DNA of 64,000 nt from Candidatus Azotimanducaceae bacterium (GTDB lineage Bacteria; Pseudomonadota; Gammaproteobacteria; Pseudomonadales; Azotimanducaceae), in the NCBI GenBank assembly GCA_047630175.1, contig JBLHVI010000007.1, positions 253-64,252 of the forward strand, given 5' to 3'. Position numbers and translations under genes: made by a program. Of the stretch, positions 41,830 through 51,993 are shown piece after piece (the stretch's first letter is position 1; each line of letters opens with the position of its first letter). Below the pieces are notes generated by a model. It had not been told where the DNA came from and ran no database searches. It saw only the letters and a list, made by a program, of their open reading frames with translations.

Positions 41830-43428
41830 ATGGCAATGAAACCATCACTGGCTCTCCGATTAGGTCAACAGCTGCGTATGACGCCGCAGTTGCAGCAGGC
41901 TATCAAATTGTTGCAACTATCGACTCTAGATCTGCAACAGGAAATTCAAGAAGCACTGGATTCCAACCTGATGCTGGAAGAACTCGCCAGTGACGACGAA
42001 CACGGTGATGAACCGACCTCCTTAGACTCGCCTACAGACCCACAAGAAACGGAGCTGGACAAAAATCGGGGTGATCAATTAGACACGCAGCAGTCCGATG
42101 CAGACCAGGCTGGCGCAGAGGAACGGGAATTTGATACTGAAGCACCCGATCGTTTGGATCCGGAAATTGACGGCGATTATCAACCTGACACAAGCGACGA
42201 ACTGGCATCAGACAAAATTCCTGACGAGTTACCCGTGGACAGCGTCTGGGAGGATGTCTGGGACGAGGCACCTCTCCCCGGCAGTTATTCAGGCGGCGAT
42301 GACAACGACGACAACTACATCGATACGCGCAATGCCGTCTCAGCGTCGCTCCAGAGCCACTTGGAAGAACAACTCAACCTACTGCATCTAAGCGATGTCG
42401 ATGAAATGATCGCCATGGCGATTGTCGACGGGCTCGACAAGAATGGCGTACTGACAATTCCACTTGAGGATGTTCTGATCAGCATTCCGGACATTTTTGA
42501 GTGCGAGATGGACGAGGTGCTGGCTGTCTTGCACCGCATTCAACACTTAGACCCGATTGGTGTCGCGGCGCGCGACTTAAGGGAATGCCTCATAATTCAG
42601 CTCAAATTTCTGCCCACCGATACACCCTGGCGAAGTCAAGCCATCACGGTGGTGAGCGACTACCTCTCTTCGCTGGCAAACCGTGACTACGCACTGCTGA
42701 TTCGGAAAACAAGACTGAAAGAGGATGAACTACGCCAAGTCATTGTTCTTATCCAATCACTGAATCCGCGCCCGGGAGCCGATATTGCCCCGTCTAACAC
42801 AGAATATGTCGACCCGGACGTGCTGGTATCCAAGAAAAACGGCCGCTGGACTGTTGAACTTAACCCAAAGTCAGCACCGAAAATACGCGTCAATCCGCAA
42901 TATGCCTCTATGGTAAAGCGCGCAGACAGCAGCAATGACAACACCTACCTAAAAAACCATCTGCAAGAAGCTCGATGGTTTATCAAGAGCCTCCAACAAC
43001 GTAATGACACTTTGTTGAAGGTTTCGAGCAAAATTGTTGAATATCAACGCGGTTTTCTCGAGTATGGCGAGCAAGCGATGAAACCACTGGTTCTGCACGA
43101 TATCGCTAAAGCGGTAGACCTTCATGAATCAACAATTTCGCGCGTTACCACCCAAAAATACATGCACACGCCAGCTGGCGTGTTTGAGCTCAAATATTTC
43201 TTCTCAAGCCATGTCAGCACCCACGCCGGCGGCGAAGTATCGTCAACCGCTATTCGGGCCCTGATCAAGCAGCTGGTGGCGGAAGAGAACCCCAAAAAAC
43301 CATTAAGCGACAGCAAAATTGCCAACTTGCTGGCAGAGCAGGATATTAATGTCGCTCGCCGGACAATCGCGAAATATCGCGAATCACTTATGATACCGCC
43401 GTCAAACGAGCGCAAACAACTGGTTTAG
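41830..43428 (+). CDS. rpoN: RNA polymerase sigma-54 factor
   Basis: It has region [28 protein letters not shown], a long acidic region II, an HTH, and the RpoN box ARRTIAKYR. The true start may be the second ATG at 41836. Confidence 0.96.
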   Translation: MAMKPSLALRLGQQLRMTPQLQQAIKLLQLSTLDLQQEIQEALDSNLMLEELASDDEHGDEPTSLDSPTDPQETELDKNRGDQLDTQQSDADQAGAEEREFDTEAPDRLDPEIDGDYQPDTSDELASDKIPDELPVDSVWEDVWDEAPLPGSYSGGDDNDDNYIDTRNAVSASLQSHLEEQLNLLHLSDVDEMIAMAIVDGLDKNGVLTIPLEDVLISIPDIFECEMDEVLAVLHRIQHLDPIGVAARDLRECLIIQLKFLPTDTPWRSQAITVVSDYLSSLANRDYALLIRKTRLKEDELRQVIVLIQSLNPRPGADIAPSNTEYVDPDVLVSKKNGRWTVELNPKSAPKIRVNPQYASMVKRADSSNDNTYLKNHLQEARWFIKSLQQRNDTLLKVSSKIVEYQRGFLEYGEQAMKPLVLHDIAKAVDLHESTISRVTTQKYMHTPAGVFELKYFFSSHVSTHAGGEVSSTAIRALIKQLVAEENPKKPLSDSKIANLLAEQDINVARRTIAKYRESLMIPPSNERKQLV

Positions 43429-43638
43429 CCGAGCCTTAACCGTAAGCCGATCTCTGAAGTTGATTTTATTACTCGGTTCCACCAAACCTGCTAGAACGAA
43501 CGAATTGAAAATAATCAGGTCTTAAAATGAAGGTAGACGAGAAATAGACTAAGATTTAGACACATGGCCTTAACCCATCTGAACCGAGTTCGGACCAACC
43601 TAAGGTCGTTATTGCGGGTTTACTAATGGAGCAATCGA

Positions 43639-43941
43639 ATGCAAATAAATGTCAGTGGACATCACGTCGACGTTACAGCTTCCCTACGTAATTATGTTGT
43701 TACCAAACTCGATAAACTGGAACGACATTTCGATAAAATTACCCATATAAATGTTATTTTAAGTGTCGAGAAACAGCGCCAGAAAGCCGAATCGACGATT
43801 CACATCACTGGCGGCGAAATCTACGCCGAATCAGAATCTGAGGATTTGTATGCCGCGATCGACATGCTGACAGACAAACTTGATCGGCAATTAATTAAGC
43901 AAAAAGAAAAAATTAGCGACCGCAAGCAACGCCTTCGTTGA
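43639..43941 (+). CDS. hpf: Ribosome hibernation promoting factor (short HPF/YfiA family)
   Basis: A 100-aa ORF with MQINVSGHHVDVTASLRNYVVTKLDKLERHFDKI, the canonical sigma-54 modulation protein / S30EA fold. It lies downstream of rpoN. Confidence 0.9.
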   Translation: MQINVSGHHVDVTASLRNYVVTKLDKLERHFDKITHINVILSVEKQRQKAESTIHITGGEIYAESESEDLYAAIDMLTDKLDRQLIKQKEKISDRKQRLR

Positions 43942-44319
43942 TGCACCCGGCTCTCATTCACGGCACTGCGGCCAATGTTTTCGACGACGCATTTGTTTGA
44001 AACATACTAAGTTCGAAACATAGTGATTTTGGTAAATACCCGAAAGAGACCAATGGGCTTTTTTCAACTCATTATGGAACTTTGCTCGACGAGTATTTAG
44101 TCAAATTGATATACTGTCGGCCAGAAACAAGCTCGTCTGGCTTTATCACATTGATATGTTCGTGCAGCCTCCTTTGGATACAAGGCTTGTTGTTGCAGCT
44201 TCTCCCAGCGCATCGACGATGAATTTCAAGTAGTGGGATGATTTTTAAACCAGATGGCGCATCGCACAGCCGGTCAAACAGCAGCGATACTCCCTTTCAA
44301 ATAGTGTTAAGAGTGTTAC

Positions 44320-44805
44320 GTGAATATTGAATCCATACTAAGTCTCGACAGGACCTACGCTAACATTCAGGTGGGCAGCAAAAAAAGGGCGCTAGAAGAG
44401 GTTGCGCGTCTAATCGCCCTAAGTAACCTCGAACTCGACCCCGAAGAGATATACAACAGCCTCATTGCCAGAGAAAAGCTCGGCACCACCGCCATTGGCG
44501 AGGGTATCGCCATTCCCCATTGTAGACTTGGTGGATGTAACGAAATCATAGGCGCATTGTTTTCCTTACGTGAGCCCATAGACTTTCAAGCTTTTGACAA
44601 CAAGCCTGTCAATGTGTTGTTTGTCATTCTTGTGCCACCTGAGGAAGTCGACGACCACCTGCAGGCTTTGGGTCTCTTGGCCAGCCGCTTCGAGCTGCCA
44701 CATTACCGTCATGCATTAAGCTCAGCAGCCGATGATCAGGCACTTTTTGCGCACGCCATCGCGCCACCAGTTGATAACATCACTGCGGTACAGGGACACT
44801 CGTGA
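44320..44805 (+). CDS. ptsN: Nitrogen-related PTS EIIA (PtsN)
   Basis: A 161-aa PTS EIIA type-2 domain with the phospho-His motif GIAIPHCRL. It uses a GTG start and sits in the rpoN-hpf-ptsN-rapZ-ptsO order. Confidence 0.9.
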   Translation: MNIESILSLDRTYANIQVGSKKRALEEVARLIALSNLELDPEEIYNSLIAREKLGTTAIGEGIAIPHCRLGGCNEIIGALFSLREPIDFQAFDNKPVNVLFVILVPPEEVDDHLQALGLLASRFELPHYRHALSSAADDQALFAHAIAPPVDNITAVQGHS

Positions 44806-45683
44806 TATCTCTGATAATCATCAGCGGCCGCTCTGGGTCTGGCAAAAGTACTGCCCTGCATGTGCTCGAAGACATGGGGTACTACTGCATAGACAATCTG
44901 CCGGTAAGCCTGCTGGAGCAATTGATGTTGCGCTTAGCTCGCGACAACCAAGATCTAAATGTAGCTGTTAGTATTGACGCCCGTAATATCGCCGCGGACC
45001 TCATGCTGTTTCCAGATATCATGGAGACTATTGACCCTAAGGCGGTATCCACCAAAATAGTATATCTCGACGCCGCTAGCCCAGCGCTGGTTCGACGTTT
45101 CAGCGAAACACGGCGTAAGCACCCGCTGTCTGGTAAAGCCCTAGACCTGCGTGAAGCCCTTGATTTAGAAACCCACTTACTTGATCCTATTTCGGCGATG
45201 GCTGACTTGGCGATAGATACCACCAGTTTAACAATACATGAACTACGTGACTTGGTTCGGCATCGGGTAACGGGTAACCGCCATGAGTTCGCGCTGCTGT
45301 TTTTGTCCTTTGCTTACAAGAACGGCGTTCCCGTCGATGCAGACCTAGTGTTTGACGTACGCTGCTTACCGAACCCTCATTGGATTACAGGGCTTCGCTC
45401 GCAGACGGGCCTTGACCAGCCAGTTCAGGCCTTTCTGGAATCTCACACGGAGGTGGTCAGCATGTTTAGTGACATTCGTGGCTTTCTAGACACCTGGCTG
45501 ACACGTTTTGAGGCGAACAATCGCAGCTATATGACTGTCGCCATCGGTTGTACTGGTGGACAGCATCGTTCGGTCTATTTGAGCGAGCAGTTAATGCAGT
45601 ATTTTTCACCGAAATGGAAAAATGTGCAGATACGCCACAGGGAATTAAGTAAGATCTCGGGCAGCTCGTCCAATCAAGCTTGA
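44802..45683 (+). CDS. rapZ: RNase adapter protein RapZ (YhbJ)
   Basis: A 293-aa ORF with the N-terminal P-loop ISGRSGSGKSTAL and a C-terminal GCTGGQHRSV motif. Confidence 0.94.
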   Translation: MISLIIISGRSGSGKSTALHVLEDMGYYCIDNLPVSLLEQLMLRLARDNQDLNVAVSIDARNIAADLMLFPDIMETIDPKAVSTKIVYLDAASPALVRRFSETRRKHPLSGKALDLREALDLETHLLDPISAMADLAIDTTSLTIHELRDLVRHRVTGNRHEFALLFLSFAYKNGVPVDADLVFDVRCLPNPHWITGLRSQTGLDQPVQAFLESHTEVVSMFSDIRGFLDTWLTRFEANNRSYMTVAIGCTGGQHRSVYLSEQLMQYFSPKWKNVQIRHRELSKISGSSSNQA

Positions 45684-45698
45684 TCGAGGACTTATCAA

Positions 45699-45968
45699 GT
45701 GATTGAACGCGAGGCTAAGATTCAAAATAAACTCGGACTACATGCCCGCGCAGCCTCGAAGTTTGTCAGTCTATCTCAAAGATTTGCAGCGACTGTCACT
45801 GTCAGCAATGGCGCACAAAGTGCCAACGGCAAAAGTATTATGTCGATGATGATCCTGCAAGCGACTTGCGGCACAACCATCAGTATCAGCACTGAAGGCG
45901 AAGACGAACAACAAGCTATTGAACAAATTATCGCCTTGATCGACAACCGTTTCGAGGAAGCAGAGTAA
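45699..45968 (+). CDS. ptsO: HPr-like phosphocarrier NPr
   Basis: An 89-aa ORF with the GLHARAASKFV active-site His region. It uses a GTG start. Confidence 0.88.
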   Translation: MIEREAKIQNKLGLHARAASKFVSLSQRFAATVTVSNGAQSANGKSIMSMMILQATCGTTISISTEGEDEQQAIEQIIALIDNRFEEAE

Positions 45969-45981
45969 GTGTAAAAAAACT

Positions 45982-47340
45982 ATGCAAGATTCTATCGAAA
46001 CAAGACTTCCAACGCCCAGGGAAACCCTGAGTGACTTGTTCGAATCTGGCACCTATAACCAGATCAAGAATTTACTCGATTCCCTAAAACCCGCCGACAT
46101 TGCCGCCTTACTCGAGTCATCACCTCCGAAAGAACGCACCATTATCTGGAACCTCATTCCGGACTTAGAAAAAAGTGAGATTCTCCAAGAGGTCGATCCT
46201 GACGTTATACCGGACCTGTTAGCCGACAAGTCTGCGGAAGAGTTGCTGCCCGTTCTGGAGCAAATAGTTTCAGACGATGACCTGACGGATATTTTGCAGC
46301 ATTTACCTGACGCAATTACTTATCAGGTGCTGCAGTCCATGGACTATCAGGACAGGGCACGGGTCGAGAATCTGCTTTCCTATCCTGAAGATACCGCAGG
46401 CGGCCTGATGAACACGGACACGATCAGTGTTCGCCCGCGGGTGACTTTAGATGTGGTCATGCGCTATCTGCGTCGGCACACAGAACTGCCTCCCATGACC
46501 GACAACATCGTCGTTGTTAACAGCAACGACGAGTACGTTGGCCTATTGCCCATTAGTACGTTGCTTGTTTCAGACCCCAACATGACGGTCAGGGAAATGA
46601 TGGTGACCGATGTGGAGCCCATACAAGCCTATACGCATCGCTCCGAAGTCGCCGCAAGCTTCCAGCGCTATGATCTAGTCTCTGCTCCTGTTGTTGGACC
46701 TACTGGAAATCTACTCGGTCGAATTACCATTGATGATGTGGTTGATGTGATCATCGATGAAGCCGACCACTCCCTAATGGGCATGGCCGGCTTAACCGAA
46801 GACGAAGATACCTTCGCGCCGATACTCAAGACAGCACGCAGCCGCGCGGTCTGGCTGGGAGCAAATCTGATGACAGCCTTCCTGGCCTCGTCTGTGATCA
46901 ACCTGTTCGAAGCGACTATAGCAAAGGTGGTGGCACTGGCCGTACTAATGCCCATTGTCGCGAGCATGGGAGGTGTAGCCGGCAGCCAGACGCTCACACT
47001 CGTCATTCGCAGCATGGCCCAGGGGCAACTGGTTGAGAGCAATACGCGCTGGCTAGTCAATAGAGAACTCGCCGTTGGAGCACTGAATGGTATACTCTGG
47101 GCTGTTATCGTCGCGATAGCCGCGTCTGCTGTCTTTGGCGATTACATGCTCGGTTTAATTATTGCCATCGCTTTAGCTATCAACCTAGTGGTTGCGGCAT
47201 TGGCAGGTGCCCTGTTACCCGGTGTTCTTAAAAAGCTTGGTATCGACCCTGCAATTGCTGGTAGCGTGGTGCTAACAACCATCACCGACGTAGTGGGCTT
47301 TATGTCATTCCTTGGGCTCGCAACGCTGTTTTATTCCTGA
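45982..47340 (+). CDS. mgtE: Magnesium transporter MgtE
   Basis: A 452-aa ORF with an N-terminal MgtE-N domain, tandem CBS domains and a C-terminal five-TM domain (...GGVAGSQTLTLVIRSMA..., ...ITDVVGF...). Confidence 0.95.
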   Translation: MQDSIETRLPTPRETLSDLFESGTYNQIKNLLDSLKPADIAALLESSPPKERTIIWNLIPDLEKSEILQEVDPDVIPDLLADKSAEELLPVLEQIVSDDDLTDILQHLPDAITYQVLQSMDYQDRARVENLLSYPEDTAGGLMNTDTISVRPRVTLDVVMRYLRRHTELPPMTDNIVVVNSNDEYVGLLPISTLLVSDPNMTVREMMVTDVEPIQAYTHRSEVAASFQRYDLVSAPVVGPTGNLLGRITIDDVVDVIIDEADHSLMGMAGLTEDEDTFAPILKTARSRAVWLGANLMTAFLASSVINLFEATIAKVVALAVLMPIVASMGGVAGSQTLTLVIRSMAQGQLVESNTRWLVNRELAVGALNGILWAVIVAIAASAVFGDYMLGLIIAIALAINLVVAALAGALLPGVLKKLGIDPAIAGSVVLTTITDVVGFMSFLGLATLFYS

Positions 47341-47425
47341 AGTAAATAGCACACTGCGCTGGTCATTGCCTTCAACGGGCCTCTAAACAAACTTTAAAAA
47401 ATCCCTTTACCCAAGACTTAGCCTC

Positions 47426-47998
47426 ATGAACGACAAGACAATAAACAACGACGAACGAGCCGATAACGATCTAATTGAAGATCAGTACGACGGCCCCAGT
47501 AAATCTCAGCGCAAGCGGGACATGCATGCACTGCGTGACCTAGGCGAACGACTGACAGAGTTACCAGAGGCTCACGTCAAGGAACTGCTGTCGCCAGAAT
47601 TAATGGATATTTTACTGGCTTGCAAGAAAATCACCAAAGGCAATGCCCGTAAACGCCAGATTCAATATCTGGGAAAACGCCTGCGTCAAATAGACACAGA
47701 TAAACTACAGGCGCTTATCGATCGCTTTGATGCCAGCACACAAGATCATGCAAATCAGTTTCACAGACTGGAACGCTGGCGTGAACGACTTATTAATCAG
47801 GATGCAACCGCACTAGAAGAGATCCTCGAATTAATCCCCGAAATTGACAGACAGCATCTGCGCCAACTGACGCGACTAGCAATCAGTGAGCGAGATCAAC
47901 AAAAGCAACCCCCGGTGCAATTTCGTAAACTCTTCCAGTATTTGAAATCCTTCGAGAATACCGGTGATCGTGAGGAATTAGGGCCATTGATCTCATAA
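47426..47998 (+). CDS. yjgA: YjgA/DarP family (DUF615) ribosome-associated protein
   Basis: A 190-aa highly charged helical protein with the PSKSQRKRDMHALRDLGERL motif typical of DUF615. Confidence 0.85.
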   Translation: MNDKTINNDERADNDLIEDQYDGPSKSQRKRDMHALRDLGERLTELPEAHVKELLSPELMDILLACKKITKGNARKRQIQYLGKRLRQIDTDKLQALIDRFDASTQDHANQFHRLERWRERLINQDATALEEILELIPEIDRQHLRQLTRLAISERDQQKQPPVQFRKLFQYLKSFENTGDREELGPLIS

Positions 47999-48006
47999 TT
48001 TTTATG

Positions 48007-51000
48007 TCATTCGGAGCTTAGGTCAATGCTCTTCGGCTCAGACACTGCAGGCTTGTTGGGGACTGGCACCAATGTCGGCGCTAAAGTCGGCGTAACGATG
48101 GGCTCGGCTTCCGCCGGATCTCGAACGGAGTCACTGAAAATCGAAACAAACTCGATAATAGGCTCATCCATCGTCCCAGAGACCTTGTACTTAGCGCTGG
48201 CAAGCTGATCAATCTGACTCTCAAACATTTTCTGGGCGAGTAATACACCCGCACCCAATAGCGGGTTCGTCAGCGCGGAATACGCCGCATACCAAGGAAG
48301 GTTCCGACTCACCGGCAAGGTTACAATTAGGTCGTTATCGAGCGCGTTCTTTTCGAGATCAATACGCCCACCCACCCGGAAAATACCACCAGAGCCGGTA
48401 ATGACAATAGGCTCTATCACATCAACGCTACCTTGATTAAAACGGCTGCTACCCTTAATAGTTTTAAACGAAAAACCCTCGTCAACGATGTCTGAAAAGT
48501 CGAATCTGAAACGATTGGCTAGCGATGCAAAATCAAAGATACCCAGCAGCTTCAACGCGCCAGCGCCCGATTCAGCCTGAACAAATCGGCCTTCTTTTGC
48601 ATCAAGTCGCAGATCACCAGACACTGTATTTAGAGCAATCATGGCGGGCGACCCTGGCCACTGTAAATCTGTGTGAAAAGTAAAATTTTTGCCTTCGATG
48701 CTAGCTGCATAACCCCAAGATGTCAGCGCCGGACCTAATTGCGGCACTTTGACAACACCCGAAAACTGACTCGAATGATTACCTTGAGCCACTGACCAAC
48801 CGATTTTCGACCCAGCCTCAATTTCTATATTTTTTACCCAAGCACTGAGATCCGACACCGAACCACCCGCGGCAGTTGGGCGAAACTTGAAGGTCCAGCG
48901 CCCGTAATCTTCGTCACCGACGGTGAGTCGCTTAACACTGAAGTCGACTGCCGGCAACTCGCGAGGGTCGATGTCTTGCATAGGGTCTGCATCTGCAGCC
49001 CCTGCCTCCAGCGCCATATAATCCAACCTGGCAATCAGCAGCTCATCGTCCTGATCCGGTACGGTTAGCAGACCGCCTAGTAGCGCGTTCGTCAGCTCGA
49101 CACGCCAAGCGTCGTCCAGCCGACTAATGCGCATATCGATATCGTTGAGTTCCATGCCCTCAGCCCGCAAAAGGTTTGCATGGATGGCTACATAGTCGAG
49201 GCGCTCCCTAAGTTCTGAGGATAAGGAGTCCTGCGTAGCATTCTCTAAATCACTACTGAGTCTTAACCAACGCCCATAGTCAACCTTCTCCATTTCGCCG
49301 GTCACGCGAAGCGCGTCGAAGGTGACCGCGCCTAAGGGCTTCGGACCAAAATGCAGCCTACCACCCACAAGCTTATCGTCACGGATCTTAATCAGACCCT
49401 TGACCTGATTATCTAGCTGTACCCCTACCTCATAACCGTCATCATAAAAAGTTTGCTGGTAACTAAATGTCACCGTTTCATCCCTCGACTTTTCCATCGG
49501 CGGCGGCAGATGTACCGACACACCCTGTAAATCAGAGCGTACCTCAACGGTCAGACTGGACTGACTATCGCCCGCGGGAACATGAACGAGTGACTCGTAA
49601 TTCAACTTACCCTCGGTCCTTGAGAGCAGCGCTTGCCCTGACCAATCATACAAATCTTGTGTCGAAACACTCCCACGAGTAGTGATACGAATCTCATCGA
49701 CATCGCCCTGTTGATTCTTCCTCGAGGCTATCGAGCTAACAACCGGCTCACCAAAAATCATAGCGGTAAACGGCTCGGCGCTGAGACCTTGGCGAGATTC
49801 ATATCGAATTTGGCCGTTGATGTCCTCGATATCGAGGTTAACGTTCTGCATCACCAAATCCCCACCAGTCAGATCGATTGAAGCATCGACACCAATAGGC
49901 TCACCGGTTCGCGTGCCTATTGGCACATCTAATTGCAGATTACCTGACATACTCCCTTGGGCGCGCCAAGATTGAGCCATCTGCCGGGTTAAATCGCTGA
50001 TAGGGGTTTCATTTAAAAGGCGAATACCTTGACCCAATTCGCCTTCGATTGCTGTACCAATAAATATTGAATCGACATTGCCTTCTAAAGAAATTGGCAC
50101 ATTCAGAGACACTTGCTGCAGGCTATTTCCTAGCAGTTGACCCCTGCCACCTACAGAAGTGACGCTTGCGTTGTTGATATAAACCACTGCATCGACATTT
50201 TCCAGCACGGGCCAAGAAGAGTCGTAATTAAGCTCTGCGCCAACAACGTCGAAGTACAATTCATGCACTTTTTGTATCTTCGGCGCATCCCTGAACAGGG
50301 TGCCGTGAAACACCATGCCGATTTGTCCTGCGCTTCCTTTGTTGATGGCACCGTCCAGCCATTCAAGCAGGTTTGGATTCAGAAAGTCTGGCAAGTATCG
50401 ATTTGCATCCCGTAAGTTTGCATTCCGCACCCCCACTTCCAGACCCCACGTATAGTCATCTCGGCTTGCTGGAAGCCGCAGTTGAACCCGACCACCTCCA
50501 ACCATATCCGCCTGTCTTACGCGCAGCAAGCTACTCTCGACGAGCACCGCATCCGGTGTAACTTCATACCGCAATTGCCCATGTGCGGTATCAAAGGACC
50601 ACGGCGCCGGGAACATAGATTTGAAATCAAGCGTGAACGGCTGGGTGTTGTACAGATTCAGATAGCCGCCCCCACGCCCTAGCGACGCCACCCCATCGAG
50701 ACGACTGATACCTGGTAGCGCTTTGTAAGCAGATAGTTGTAAATTCTGGATTTGCGCAACCAGATGCGGCTTCGGTGATGTTGCCAGATCTTCAATGACT
50801 AGATAAACATCTTCCAACCTACCTCGGGGCTGCAAACCTATCAGCATTTCCTCGGCGGCTTCAGGCAGCAAAGCAACCCGCTGAGTAAGGCTCGTCAGAC
50901 CCTGTACTATAGTGGCTATCGATATGTCAGGCGAATAAACCACTAAATCCACAGCATTTTCGCGCTGCTTGAGTATCACTGACGATTCATCAAGCACCCA

Positions 51001-51987
51001 CGATTCGCTGCCCAACATCATCGACAAAGTATTAAAGTACAATTGGACTTCGTTGTCACCAAGACCCACTATCACAAACTCGCTGCGCAAATTTGACAGC
51101 AGCTCGACTGATTGACCTTGTCGCTGGCCTACCAACGCATCACTGACTGTCGAGCCAATAAGTTCAAATGCTCCATGATGAAACTCTAGCCAGAACTCAC
51201 CGCTGAATCCCATTTTTGTAAGCTGGGTATCTGCAATGAAAAGGTTCGGCAGCAAATCAATCATCTCAAGATTCGGTAACTGTAAATACAGGCTCGCACT
51301 AAATGCCTCTTGGTCTCGCGGGTCACCCGCATACTTGCCTAACAACTGAATACTGTCTGTGTAGGGCTTGTCACCGAAACGCTCAACTAACAGAGGCAAC
51401 GACATAGAATGAACATCACCATCAGCCACTAGTTCGAATTCTTGGTCAACCTGACTACGAATCTGGTAATGCGCTTGCAGACCAACGACATCAATATCAA
51501 CCTGCGTCAACTCGACAGACTTCAAATGCGGCACCGACGCCAGCAACGGCTCAAGGTTCAAGCTATTCTCTCGTGCTGGCAAGCCGTCAATGGCCCATAC
51601 ACCCTCAGCATTTTGCCGAAGACGAAAGCTTAATCGATCAATGGCGAGCTCACTGATCACTAAATCTGACTCAACTAAACTAAGAACCGAATTAATACAT
51701 ACCGACATGCGGTCAAACGTAATGCCACGATCCGTAGCCGTGCCTATGCTGAAACCGTTGATAATAATGCGGGGGTCCAGATACGACCAGTCACCTTGCA
51801 GGCTCGATATATGAACAGGCATCTGCAACACTGACGACAGCCGCGCTTCAATGGTGTCTCGAAAAATATCTACTTGGCTGATAACCAGACGGCCGATGGA
51901 AACATAAGCCGCCAGCAGCAGCAATACCAACAGGACGGTCGCCTCGACAAGATTGACAAAAACGCGGCGGGAGCTAGTTTTGATCAT
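48007..51987 (-). CDS. yhdP: YhdP / AsmA2-family large envelope protein (DUF3971 plus AsmA_2-like C-terminus)
   Basis: A 1326-aa ORF with a single N-terminal TM segment and a long beta-rich body. It sits in the conserved position downstream of mreBCD-maf-rng, as in E. coli. Confidence 0.85.
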   Translation of the reverse strand: MIKTSSRRVFVNLVEATVLLVLLLLAAYVSIGRLVISQVDIFRDTIEARLSSVLQMPVHISSLQGDWSYLDPRIIINGFSIGTATDRGITFDRMSVCINSVLSLVESDLVISELAIDRLSFRLRQNAEGVWAIDGLPARENSLNLEPLLASVPHLKSVELTQVDIDVVGLQAHYQIRSQVDQEFELVADGDVHSMSLPLLVERFGDKPYTDSIQLLGKYAGDPRDQEAFSASLYLQLPNLEMIDLLPNLFIADTQLTKMGFSGEFWLEFHHGAFELIGSTVSDALVGQRQGQSVELLSNLRSEFVIVGLGDNEVQLYFNTLSMMLGSESWVLDESSVILKQRENAVDLVVYSPDISIATIVQGLTSLTQRVALLPEAAEEMLIGLQPRGRLEDVYLVIEDLATSPKPHLVAQIQNLQLSAYKALPGISRLDGVASLGRGGGYLNLYNTQPFTLDFKSMFPAPWSFDTAHGQLRYEVTPDAVLVESSLLRVRQADMVGGGRVQLRLPASRDDYTWGLEVGVRNANLRDANRYLPDFLNPNLLEWLDGAINKGSAGQIGMVFHGTLFRDAPKIQKVHELYFDVVGAELNYDSSWPVLENVDAVVYINNASVTSVGGRGQLLGNSLQQVSLNVPISLEGNVDSIFIGTAIEGELGQGIRLLNETPISDLTRQMAQSWRAQGSMSGNLQLDVPIGTRTGEPIGVDASIDLTGGDLVMQNVNLDIEDINGQIRYESRQGLSAEPFTAMIFGEPVVSSIASRKNQQGDVDEIRITTRGSVSTQDLYDWSGQALLSRTEGKLNYESLVHVPAGDSQSSLTVEVRSDLQGVSVHLPPPMEKSRDETVTFSYQQTFYDDGYEVGVQLDNQVKGLIKIRDDKLVGGRLHFGPKPLGAVTFDALRVTGEMEKVDYGRWLRLSSDLENATQDSLSSELRERLDYVAIHANLLRAEGMELNDIDMRISRLDDAWRVELTNALLGGLLTVPDQDDELLIARLDYMALEAGAADADPMQDIDPRELPAVDFSVKRLTVGDEDYGRWTFKFRPTAAGGSVSDLSAWVKNIEIEAGSKIGWSVAQGNHSSQFSGVVKVPQLGPALTSWGYAASIEGKNFTFHTDLQWPGSPAMIALNTVSGDLRLDAKEGRFVQAESGAGALKLLGIFDFASLANRFRFDFSDIVDEGFSFKTIKGSSRFNQGSVDVIEPIVITGSGGIFRVGGRIDLEKNALDNDLIVTLPVSRNLPWYAAYSALTNPLLGAGVLLAQKMFESQIDQLASAKYKVSGTMDEPIIEFVSIFSDSVRDPAEAEPIVTPTLAPTLVPVPNKPAVSEPKSIDLSSE

Positions 51988-51993
51988 GAAACG

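Noticed and set aside
41960-42320. The extended acidic region II of RpoN, which makes the protein 532 aa
   Set aside because: The length and acidity of region II vary widely among proteobacterial sigma-54 proteins. Regions I and III and the RpoN box are intact, so this is ordinary variation.
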